From: a candidate division FCPU426 bacterium
GTDB lineage: Bacteria > Oederibacteriota > PGYV01 > Palsa-1178
Reading direction: 5' to 3'
Assembly: GCA_003159495.1 (NCBI GenBank)
Contig: PLPI01000093.1
Location: 5,833 to 48,942 of the forward strand
DNA: 43,110 nt
Part shown: positions 7,985 to 16,516 of the stretch, one piece after another
Position numbering within the stretch: the first letter of the stretch is position 1
Layout of the letters: each line of letters opens with the position of its first letter
Translations under genes and position numbers: made by a program
Notes under the pieces: model-generated
What the model was told of the DNA's origin: nothing
The model's database searches: none
What the model saw: only the letters and a program-made list of their open reading frames with translations

Positions 7985-10843
7985 TTATTTACTTATAACC
8001 ATCATCGGCCTGTCCGGCGGCCTTGATTCGCTTCCGGACGCGTCGGAGGCGCTCACGGAATAATAATATATCCCCGTGGCAACGCCGCCCAGTTCACCGG
8101 GCCCTGACTTTACCTCAAAATTACCTGTTATTTCATCCGCCCCCCATCTTATGTCGCGTATAAGGCGGAAAGAAACTGTGTATATCCTCATCCTGACCGA
8201 AACCGGCGCGCCGGTACACTCAAGCCTGAGAGTAAAATCCCCGCTTCCCGTCACAGGGTCGGGATATAATATGGTACTTGTCACCTCAAATGCCCCGGCG
8301 GGCGTGTTTACAGGCGTGGCAGTTGCCGTGGCTGCTCCGGACGGGGTGGCAGTCTGCATAACCTGCGGCGATGCCGTTATTGTTATTGTAAATGTCGGGG
8401 TGCAGGTTGATGTCAGCGTATCAGAATATGTGGCGGTTATTGTGTCCGTGTCAGTGGCCGTCCATAGCGGGTTCACCGTATCGGTCACGGTCGGCGTAAG
8501 GGTTATTGTCGCGGTTAACGTTCCGGTCATGGACGGCGTGGCTGTCATTGTCGCGGTCGGCGTTCCGGTCACGGACGGCGTGGCGCTGTTTGTTGCCGTA
8601 ATAACCTGTGTCGTGGTCATTGTCCCCGTCGGCGTAAATGAAGCCGGCGGTATTGCCGTCTGCGTGCCGGTCGGCGCGGCGCCTGCCGCCTGCTTCCATA
8701 CCCCGCCGCCAAATGTGGTGACATAAGTGTAATTCGTGTCAAAGGTCATATGTTGCGGCGAGGCAAAAGGTATCCCTGTCACGCGCGCCCAGGTTGTTCC
8801 TCCGTCGGTTGAGCCGAATAATCCCTGCCCCTCGGTTGAGTAGTAGACATTATTTGTATTACCCGGGTCTATCATGGCCGCATAGCCGTAAGGCGTATGC
8901 CCCACGGGCATGTTCATAAGGGCCCAGCTGGCGCCCCCGTTTGTTGACTTCCACAGCCCGCCGTCGCTGTATCCGCCGCAATCCTGCGCCGCGATGAATA
9001 TTATATTCGGGTCCTGCGGGTTCACGTCAAAATCAGCCGGGTATTTCAGCGCGTGTCCGCCGAAGTTTAAAGCTATGTTTGTCCAGCCCGCGCCCTGGTT
9101 GGCCGATACAAAAAGGCCGCCCGCGTTCGCATAAGTTTTTTGCGCGCTCAAAAGGCAGTATAATTTCCCCGTTACAAGTTTAAGAGAGTATACGTCATGG
9201 TTCGTGCCTATGGCCACCGGCGCGGTTGCCGCCCAGTTAGTGCCGGCCGCGCTTGTCGATTTATAAACGCCGTTGCCCCACGATGCCGCGAAGTAAACGT
9301 TATTGACCGGGTCAAAGACAACGGAAGTTGTGGGCGAGACAGGCATACCGGTGGAGGCAGGCGCCCATGTGGCTCCGTAGTCCGTTGACTTTGCGATGCC
9401 GCCGCTGCCCGCCCTGCCAAGGGGCCAGCTGTGGTCTATGTCATGGAGCCCTCCCACCGCGGCAATAATCACACCCGGCGTCGGATTAAAGGCTATCTGG
9501 TAAAATGTATTCGTCCACGCCTGGGAAACAGTGCCTTTGCGGGCGGTGTCATACCATGTCTGCCCCGCGTCGGTTGAGCGCGCGAAGCCTATGTCGGTAT
9601 AGCATATATAATGATAATTTGGATTATTCGGGTCTATGACGTACTGCCACGAAGTGGTCATTTCAAGGCCGCGCGACGCCCACTTCTGGGCCGCGGCGCG
9701 CGGCGCCGTATCGGAATATGTGGAATAGGCCTCCTGCCATGTGGCGCCCGCGTCATCGCTTAAAAATGTCTCGCCGTAATTTGTGAACATACAGCGGTTC
9801 GAGTCGGCCTTATCCACGCACAGCATGGTGTTGGGCGAGCCCCATGAAAAACTCAGGTCATAGCTTATCCATCCCATTGAGGCGTTGGGCGCCGGGTTTG
9901 TGTCAACAAGGGCCTTTGCCCATGTTCCGCCCGCGTTGGATGTTTTCCAGACACTGCGGTCCGATGTGTTTATGGCATATGCCGTGGATGTGTCGTTGTC
10001 CGAACAGGCCACCATGCCGAACCAGTCGCCCGAGCCGGAGAGCGTCCATGATGACGCGTCGGTGGAAGTATATAAATCACCGTTGCTGCCGTCTATCTCA
10101 TATAGCCGTCCTGAAGTGGCGTTGCTGGCCCCGCAAAACCCGGAAGAATTCGTTGAAGGCAGTCCGTTGTTTGCCGCGGCCCACGTGGCCCCGTTATTTA
10201 CGGACTTAAATATCCCGTTCCATGACCCTGCATAGCACGTCCTGCTGCCCGTGGCGCTGCGCTGGTCCACCATGAGCCCCTGGATATAACCGGAGCTTAC
10301 ACCCGGCCCTGTAAAAGTTGTTCCGCCGTCAGTGCTTGTATAAACCCCCGCCTCTGTTCCGACAAGCATGAAGCTTGCGTTTGCGCGGTCTATACAAATG
10401 ACCGTTACCCTGTCCGCGCCCCATGCCGGTGATGCGTTCAATACCGACCATGTCACCCCGGCGTCAAGGCTTACCATCAGCTGTGAAGGATTGTTATTCA
10501 AATCCTGCCGCCTGCCGTAGCCGTAAACCTTATCAGGGTTTACCGGGTCATAAGCCATGGCGCACATAAATCCGTTGCCGAAACCGTAATCAACGTCCGT
10601 GCAAAGCTGGTAAAAATCCAGCATGTTCCAGGTGGAGCCCCCGTCAGTGGAGCGGTACCATCCCGACATATCAGAACCGACAAAGCGAAGATTTGGGTTC
10701 AAAGGAGATATGGAAGGAGCATACTGGGCGCCGCCGCCGCCGATGCCGGTGACCGACCATGCGGAAAAACAAGGGGAAGATATAAGAAAGAAAATAAAGG
10801 CAAGAAATAATGTAGCCGGCCCGCGTCCTATGAGTTTAATCAT
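7985..10843 (-). CDS. Secreted BNR/Asp-box double beta-propeller, GH74 (xyloglucanase)-like + Thr-rich linker + C-terminal sorting domain
   Basis: Many SxDxGxTW Asp-boxes; N-terminal IGGGG; GSDMSG and YTDIG at positions like the two GH74 catalytic Asp motifs; YPDP tail. Confidence 0.8.
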   Translation of the reverse strand: MIKLIGRGPATLFLAFIFFLISSPCFSAWSVTGIGGGGAQYAPSISPLNPNLRFVGSDMSGWYRSTDGGSTWNMLDFYQLCTDVDYGFGNGFMCAMAYDPVNPDKVYGYGRRQDLNNNPSQLMVSLDAGVTWSVLNASPAWGADRVTVICIDRANASFMLVGTEAGVYTSTDGGTTFTGPGVSSGYIQGLMVDQRSATGSRTCYAGSWNGIFKSVNNGATWAAANNGLPSTNSSGFCGASNATSGRLYEIDGSNGDLYTSTDASSWTLSGSGDWFGMVACSDNDTSTAYAINTSDRSVWKTSNAGGTWAKALVDTNPAPNASMGWISYDLSFSWGSPNTMLCVDKADSNRCMFTNYGETFLSDDAGATWQEAYSTYSDTAPRAAAQKWASRGLEMTTSWQYVIDPNNPNYHYICYTDIGFARSTDAGQTWYDTARKGTVSQAWTNTFYQIAFNPTPGVIIAAVGGLHDIDHSWPLGRAGSGGIAKSTDYGATWAPASTGMPVSPTTSVVFDPVNNVYFAASWGNGVYKSTSAAGTNWAATAPVAIGTNHDVYSLKLVTGKLYCLLSAQKTYANAGGLFVSANQGAGWTNIALNFGGHALKYPADFDVNPQDPNIIFIAAQDCGGYSDGGLWKSTNGGASWALMNMPVGHTPYGYAAMIDPGNTNNVYYSTEGQGLFGSTDGGTTWARVTGIPFASPQHMTFDTNYTYVTTFGGGVWKQAAGAAPTGTQTAIPPASFTPTGTMTTTQVITATNSATPSVTGTPTATMTATPSMTGTLTATITLTPTVTDTVNPLWTATDTDTITATYSDTLTSTCTPTFTITITASPQVMQTATPSGAATATATPVNTPAGAFEVTSTILYPDPVTGSGDFTLRLECTGAPVSVRMRIYTVSFRLIRDIRWGADEITGNFEVKSGPGELGGVATGIYYYSVSASDASGSESRPPDRPMMVISK

Positions 10844-11082
10844 AGTGATAGTATATCAGCAAAATATGAAGACTTCAAGCTTCATGGCCCTGAACTGTAA
10901 GGGCAAAACCGTGGCAGTGTCATCAATAAGGATTGTCAGATATCAGGTAAAGGCCCGACCCTTTTTAAATATTCTTCTTGATTTAAAGGTCATTTGGAGT
11001 AAAGTTAAATATGAAAACAGCCGGTTGGTTTTGATGTTACTGATACCGGTTGAAAGAATAAAATCAAACTTCGGAGGAAATA

Positions 11083-11814
11083 ATGAAAAATGAAAACAGG
11101 CCTGATTATGGAATAGACGGTTCGCCTTTTATGTTTATCAAATTAATTGTTGCTGAAATAATTCTGTTTGGAACAGGCGGTTATCTGATAACTTTTAACA
11201 GCCTTATAATAAAAATTTTAGCCTCTGTTCTTATCCTGTCCGGTCTGCTGTTTGCCCTTTTTATTGTAACGTTTGTAATCTATGAGACGGGCGGAAAACT
11301 CCGCTACAGGGACAAACTGCTTTCCATGGTTGACTGGAAAGGAAATGAAGCCGTGCTTGATGTCGGCACCGGGCGCGGGCTTTTGATGATAGGCGCGGCT
11401 AAAAAGCTGGATAAAGGCAAGGCCACAGGCATTGATATCTGGCGGCAGGAGGACATGATGAACAACTCCTCCAAAAACACCATGAAAAACGGAGAGCTTG
11501 AGGGGGTTGTCGGAAAAATCGAGGTTAAAAACGAGGATGTACAAAAGCTGCCCTTTTCAGCCAAAACCTTTGACGTGGTTCTTTCCAATCTCTGCATTCA
11601 CAATATTACCTTGAAAGAAGGAAGAGACAGGGCGTGCCGTGAAATAGCAAGGGTTTTAAGGCCAAACGGCGCCGCAGTAATATCAGATATACTTCATGTG
11701 AAAGAATACGCGGAAATTTTTAAAGCAGAAGGGCTCTCCGTTGAAATTTTTAATGCGAGTGTTTTTGACGGAGCGCCATTCTGGTATAAGATTGTAAAAG
11801 CGGTCAGGAAATGA
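11083..11814 (+). CDS. Class I SAM-dependent methyltransferase with N-terminal membrane helices
   Basis: VLDVGTGRG, GIDIW, LPF....FDVVLSNLCIHNI, EIARVLRPNG. Confidence 0.95.
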   Translation: MKNENRPDYGIDGSPFMFIKLIVAEIILFGTGGYLITFNSLIIKILASVLILSGLLFALFIVTFVIYETGGKLRYRDKLLSMVDWKGNEAVLDVGTGRGLLMIGAAKKLDKGKATGIDIWRQEDMMNNSSKNTMKNGELEGVVGKIEVKNEDVQKLPFSAKTFDVVLSNLCIHNITLKEGRDRACREIARVLRPNGAAVISDILHVKEYAEIFKAEGLSVEIFNASVFDGAPFWYKIVKAVRK

Positions 11815-11819
11815 GTAAA

Positions 11820-11963
11820 TGACCCGCCATCCCTTAGTCTCCCTAATATCCCGCGAACAACACTTTCGCCTATCGCGCCCTTATTCCGCCAGGATTTAGG
11901 ATATTTTGAAAATGAAAATATAATAGAAATAACAACTATAAAAATAAATAGTAATACCACCAA
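11820..11963 (-). pseudogene. N-terminal fragment of a NERD-like protein
   Basis: A TM helix followed by KGAIGESVVRGILGRL (resembles the NERD start GxxGE..V...L); the frame then runs antisense into the methyltransferase gene. Confidence 0.45.
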
Positions 11964-12056
11964 ATAATTAACCCCGGTTCTTAAAATAATTCAGCTAAAT
12001 AATAGTTAAGCTGCTTGCTGCGCCCCACCCGTGCCGTCCGTTCAACCATTAAATGC

Positions 12057-12932
12057 TCAACAGGTATCATGTATGCTTCCAGACGCCGTATTAAGCGCAT
12101 ACAATATTCCGCTATATGAAATATAAAAAATATTACCATTATAATATGCCCCCGGTGAGCGTATGCTGTTATGAGTGCTTGTTGTCCAAAGCGTACCGCC
12201 ATTTACGGATGATATGCTGTATATTTTCCCTGCTTCTGTTCCAAAACACAAATTGCCCGTATTTCCCTGACTTGGAGGAATATAGGTAAGTCCAGACAAT
12301 ATTGCCGCCCCATTACTTGAATTAACCTGCCATATTATTGTTCCATTGTCAGCGTTTAATTTATATACCATGCCGCTATTAGTTGAAACGGCAAGATAAT
12401 TGCTGTTCGCTTCGTTATAATATAAAGGCGTTGAATAAATAATTTGGCCTGTTTTAACTTCCCATACTGTCGAACCTGTTATGGCATCATATGCTCCGAG
12501 ATATCCGTCGTTGGATGCAACAAATATTGCCTTTCCGTTTGTGGCATTAGCGCAATTTCCAGCAGCCAGTGCGGTTACAATCTTCCCACGAAGAACGTGT
12601 GTCCATATAGTTGTTCCATTTTGGGTCGAATCAAATGCCGTCAGAACGCCGCCGGGCGTGCATGTGTACATATAAACATGGTTATTAATAGCCAAAGAAA
12701 CAAGGGAAGAATAGCCTACTGAATCGTAAGAACCACCTAATGTGGATTGCCATTTAAGGCCTAATGTTGAAATCGAATTTGCGGTTGTTCCACTTCTGTA
12801 TTCATCACCCCTGAATTGGGACCAGTCAGAGGCGAATAACATTATCGAATCTAATATAAACATTAATAATATGATAATTAACAGGCTTATCCTTACATAT
12901 TGCAAGCCTGGCGTTATTTGCCTTTCTTTCAC
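12057..12932 (-). CDS. Secreted PQQ-like (BamB-type) beta-propeller protein, probably C-terminally truncated
   Basis: Signal/TM segment; WSQFRGD..RSG; repeated [AY][FYL][DN]..[TN]G...W blades; ends abruptly within a blade (LYALNTASGSIHDTC). Confidence 0.8.
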   Translation of the reverse strand: MKERQITPGLQYVRISLLIIILLMFILDSIMLFASDWSQFRGDEYRSGTTANSISTLGLKWQSTLGGSYDSVGYSSLVSLAINNHVYMYTCTPGGVLTAFDSTQNGTTIWTHVLRGKIVTALAAGNCANATNGKAIFVASNDGYLGAYDAITGSTVWEVKTGQIIYSTPLYYNEANSNYLAVSTNSGMVYKLNADNGTIIWQVNSSNGAAILSGLTYIPPSQGNTGNLCFGTEAGKIYSISSVNGGTLWTTSTHNSIRSPGAYYNGNIFYISYSGILYALNTASGSIHDTC

Positions 12933-12947
12933 CCTAAACTCCTTTTT

Positions 12948-13397
12948 TTAATTAGTATTATTTTTTTCTCTTTCAAATATTACATTAATATCTTTTAATA
13001 CCTGTTCTTTTTTATAAACATATTCTTCTTTTTCATCATAAATCACTTCTATTGTTTTGTTGTCTTTCCAATTAGCTGTAACAGAGCAGTTTCGGGGTGA
13101 AGTAAAAAAATAATTACCTCTATCGAAATCTGTAATGCCAATAATAAACGGAATCCATCCTTTCAAAACACAAACAGCCGTATAAGTCGAACTTGATGCA
13201 CCACCACAGGAATTAACATAAGCAATAATCTTATATTTTCCATCTGGGGACATCTTGTTCTCTAAAATAGAATCACTACAAAAATAACAATTTATTATTA
13301 TATATAAAAGCAACAACAAAGCTACTGTTCCAAATAGTATTAGTTTAATGCTTCCAATACCAGATTTCATTTTTTTGTTTTTAATAACATTGTGCAT
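12948..13397 (-). CDS. Membrane-anchored hypothetical protein (DUF5412-like), candidate immunity protein
   Basis: N-terminal TM; SPDGKYKI.AY...CGGA...; W.DNKTI.V.Y; overlaps the toxin stop by 17 bp; AT-rich. Confidence 0.65.
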   Translation of the reverse strand: MHNVIKNKKMKSGIGSIKLILFGTVALLLLLYIIINCYFCSDSILENKMSPDGKYKIIAYVNSCGGASSSTYTAVCVLKGWIPFIIGITDFDRGNYFFTSPRNCSVTANWKDNKTIEVIYDEKEEYVYKKEQVLKDINVIFEREKNNTN

Positions 13398-14553
13398 AAT
13401 AATTTATCCCTTTTTCTATCATTATTTCATCATATATTTTCTCGCCATATGCATTTTTGGGCACATCTTTTAATTTTATTCCTCTAATATTTGTATCGAA
13501 CCAAGCCACTTTATCTTGAATAAACCCTGCAACAGCTTGCAACGTATTTTCTGTAAACCCTACTTTAGTTCCAGTTGCACCATAGTTGAAATTACCAAAC
13601 TCGTCATACTCTATGTTATGTTTTTTATAATCCCATACTGAATAGGGTAAAACTTTAACAATCCAAACCATTGCGCCAATAGTTGAATCGTCAGAATTTT
13701 TTATATTTTGATCCACAGATACTCCTCCTGGTGATATTGGCGCAACACTGTCGTTTCCATCATTGTCTTGACTGTTTGTTTTGTTGTCGTCTTTACAATC
13801 GTCATATTCAACTTTTGCCGAGTTGCCAGTTGTAAAAAAATCTACTACCTTATTTATAACATCAGCAAACCAATTTTCCCCATACACATCCGTTACATTT
13901 AACACATTGTTTCCGCAATAATCATACATGTTGATGATTGTTTTGTCGTTAACAACCGGATCCATCTCAACAAACCTGCCCGTCTTTCCGTCATACCAGC
14001 GTGCAGCAAAATAATATAACCCGGCATCATTGTCAAACATATTCGACGACATTCCGCATTTGCTTATGCCTTTTGTCATACCCTTGCCAAACGCGTCATA
14101 CGTTTCCTTTTCCACCGGCATACCGTTATCATCACAGACCAACATTACATTTCCAATGCGGTCGGGATAATAATAATAATTTACCAAACAATCCCCTGTT
14201 GTGTCTGAATATGTCCTGTTTTCTTTCAATAATACGCCTCCGGGACCGCGTGTATATGCGATTATTACCTTGCCATTTGCCATTTCAGCTACCAGGTCAC
14301 GGCCGTCGTAATAGAATGTATGAATAATATTATCCTTGTTGCTTACCCGTGTTTTAAGCCGCTTCTCAGCGTCATATGAATACATTATATGAGTTCCTGT
14401 GCTTGAATTAATCGCGTCCGTTAGCATATCCGTATCATCATGGGTTAAATTCACACCGCCTACATCCGTTGCGTTTCCATTGCCGTCATACGTCCAGGAC
14501 GTACCTTCGTCCCCGGTTCTTTCACCTATTGGATCATAATTATAAGACAGAAA
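13381..14553 (-). pseudogene. 5'-truncated (orphan) Rhs core with a C-terminal Ntox44-like polymorphic toxin domain
   Basis: YD repeats continue in frame upstream of the tracked GTG at 14454 (SYNYDPIGERT, WTYDGNGNAT) with no real start. Rhs core: GLYYFAARWYD..TGRFVEMDP...NMYDYCGNN...TDVYG. Toxin motifs: WDYK and GNFNYGATG. Confidence 0.85.
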
Positions 14554-14554
14554 G

Positions 14555-14640
14555 TCAGGAGTGTCGGACCTTGTAAATTGACTTTTTTAATAATCAAACT
14601 TGAACTCACTCAAAAAATCAATTTACAAGGTCCGCCCCCA
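14555..14640. repeat. Inverted pair of junction motifs (perfect 17-bp IR)
   Basis: CGGACCTTGTAAATTGA (14565-14581) and its reverse complement TCAATTTACAAGGTCCG (14618-14634). Confidence 0.85.
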
Positions 14641-14794
14641 CTAACCCCCATGACGTAGGCACCACAAGGGGGGTGGCAATTTGCCCCCATCCTTTTGCAA
14701 GTTCCGGATCGCGCCTTCGCATGTCTTTTATGTACCCTCCCGGCTGAATATAAAAATCTGGGTCAGATCCTGCTTCATTATCCTATTTCTCCCG

Positions 14795-14971
14795 TCATTT
14801 CCCTCTGCCATTCTTTTTCCCTGCTTTTCCCGCCCCTGTCTTTTTTACCCTCTTAGGAAGCTTCTTCCCCTTGCTCGCCGCGTTCCACTCATCCACATCA
14901 ACACCCTGGGCCTCCAGCTTTTTCCTGTTAACATTAAAATAAGCTTCCTGAGCCTTGCTTACATAAGGCAT
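14795..14971 (-). CDS. Small basic hypothetical protein, 58 aa (below the ORF-track cutoff)
   Basis: MPYVSKAQEAYFNVNRKKLEAQGVDVDEWNAASKGKKLPKRVKKTGAGKAGKKNGRGK; GGTGG RBS-like sequence upstream. Confidence 0.7.
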   Translation of the reverse strand: MPYVSKAQEAYFNVNRKKLEAQGVDVDEWNAASKGKKLPKRVKKTGAGKAGKKNGRGK

Positions 14972-15209
14972 ATCCCACCGCCTGTTTTGAGATGATAAGA
15001 CAGAAACATCTGCCGGCAGAAAGATATACCTGCAGTTATGGTTATTTTATTGAATTTTATATCAGGAATGACCATGTCTCCGTTTTCAGCCATTGCCGCC
15101 TCATATTATGTGTGTTAGTCCCATTGTTTATCGTAACCGGATTATATAACAAAAACCGGCAATTAACAATGAACAATTACGGCTTTTTGCGTAAATATAT
15201 TTGTAAAAA

Positions 15210-15238
15210 TCAGGGGTGTCGGACCATGTTAATTGACT
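15210..15238. repeat. Direct copy of the junction motif
   Basis: TCAGGGGTGTCGGACCATGTTAATTGACT matches 14555-14583 at 26 of 29 positions. Confidence 0.85.
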
Positions 15239-15253
15239 ATTCCAATCCGTTCC

Positions 15254-16405
15254 CTATCCACCAGTCCTTATTACATTTGTAATAACATTTATCATGATTT
15301 CCTTTTCCTTAGGACTGCTTACGGCCGCAAGCAGCGTCAGCGCGGCAAGGGCCCCGTCGCTTACCCGCTTTTCACCTTTGTTTAAGTAAAGCATTCCGTT
15401 CTTTGACATATAGTGCAGAAAAAGTATTGCGGCCAGCCTTTTGTTGCCATCGGTAAAGGGGTGGTCCTTTACCGCGAAATAAAGCAGGTGGCTGGCTTTT
15501 TCTTCCACGGTTGGATACAGGTCCTTGCCGTCAAATGTCTGGTTTATAGCTCCTATTATGGATTTGAGTTTTGACATCGGACCCGTGCCAAAAAACGCAG
15601 ATCCTTTTTTGTATTCTTTTTTGGCCCTTTCAACAACGCTTAAAGCTTCTTCAAATTTGAGTTCATATGTCGGCGTCAATTTGCCGGTGCTTTTCAGCGC
15701 CATATCATCATAATCCTGAAGAATCTCCAGCGACCCCGAATAACCCGAAATCAGGTTTATAAGCTCGACTTCCATGCCTATTGAACCCGGCAATTTTACG
15801 GCCGCACCAAGGGCGCCGACCACGGACTTTAATTTTTTTAAACCCTTCAATTCTCTTTCCATGCGTTTTATATTCACCGCGTAACCGTCTTTAATATATC
15901 TTTTCAACACACCGGAAGCCCATATCCTGAACCTTACCCCTGCCTGTGATTTTACCCTGTAACCGACCGAAATGACCACATCCATATTATAGTAGTCCAC
16001 ATTGTACTTTTTCCCGTCAGAAGCAGTTGTTGCAAATTTTGCAACAACTGAGCCGCTGTCAAGTTCGCCTTCCCTGAATACATTATCTATATGCCTTGAT
16101 ATTACCGACTTATCCCTGCCAAAAAGGGCTGACATTTGATTTAAATTGAGCCAGACTGTTTCATTATGAAGTTTTACCTCCAGTTCAAAACCGCCATTTT
16201 CTTCATTGAAGATTTTCATTTCTCCATAAAGGGCAGGTTCTTCTTCAGATATAAAATCACCGGCGTCTTTATGGGAAATCATATACGCCTTCCCCATTTT
16301 GCCCGCTTTTATTGTGCCATTTTTAACTTTTTTAAAAACCGCCACCCTGCTGATGCCCATTAGTTTCGCCAGCTCCGGTATGCTGTAATACTCTTTTTTA
16401 TCCAA
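15254..16405 (-). CDS. Excisionase-type HTH + RhuM + Fic/DOC fusion protein
   Basis: YSIPELAKLMGISRVAVFKKVKNG (HTH); ETVWLNLNQMSALF, YNMDVVISVGYRVKS (RhuM); HPFTDGNKRLA (Fic/Doc motif). Confidence 0.92.
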   Translation of the reverse strand: MDKKEYYSIPELAKLMGISRVAVFKKVKNGTIKAGKMGKAYMISHKDAGDFISEEEPALYGEMKIFNEENGGFELEVKLHNETVWLNLNQMSALFGRDKSVISRHIDNVFREGELDSGSVVAKFATTASDGKKYNVDYYNMDVVISVGYRVKSQAGVRFRIWASGVLKRYIKDGYAVNIKRMERELKGLKKLKSVVGALGAAVKLPGSIGMEVELINLISGYSGSLEILQDYDDMALKSTGKLTPTYELKFEEALSVVERAKKEYKKGSAFFGTGPMSKLKSIIGAINQTFDGKDLYPTVEEKASHLLYFAVKDHPFTDGNKRLAAILFLHYMSKNGMLYLNKGEKRVSDGALAALTLLAAVSSPKEKEIMINVITNVIRTGG

Positions 16406-16419
16406 GCATTTCTCCCGTC

Positions 16420-16473
16420 GTTAACCAAATATTATGTTTACATATGTTAACTAATAATACAAGTTAACATATG
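16420..16473. promoter_or_regulatory. Putative operator with GTTAAC boxes
   Basis: Perfect 12-bp IR CATATGTTAACT-9 nt-AGTTAACATATG (16441-16473), plus GTTAAC at 16420 and GTTTAC at 16436, directly upstream of the HTH-Fic gene. Confidence 0.6.
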
Positions 16474-16516
16474 CGGTATTAAATTTCAATTACAATCTTT
16501 TTAGGATCCGTGCGGT

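Noticed and set aside
10623-11093. 156-aa plus-strand ORF upstream of the methyltransferase
   Set aside because: Overlaps the GH74-like 5' end in antisense and spans the divergent promoter region; no protein-like features.
14555-15238. CRISPR array or integron attC array
   Set aside because: Few copies, mixed orientation, irregular gene-sized spacing, no GTTRRRY/RYYYAAC attC boxes recognised, and no cas or intI gene in the window.
14681-15282. Plus-strand ORFs 14681-14995 and 14992-15282
   Set aside because: No recognisable motifs or RBS; the first is antisense to the better-supported 58-aa ORF.
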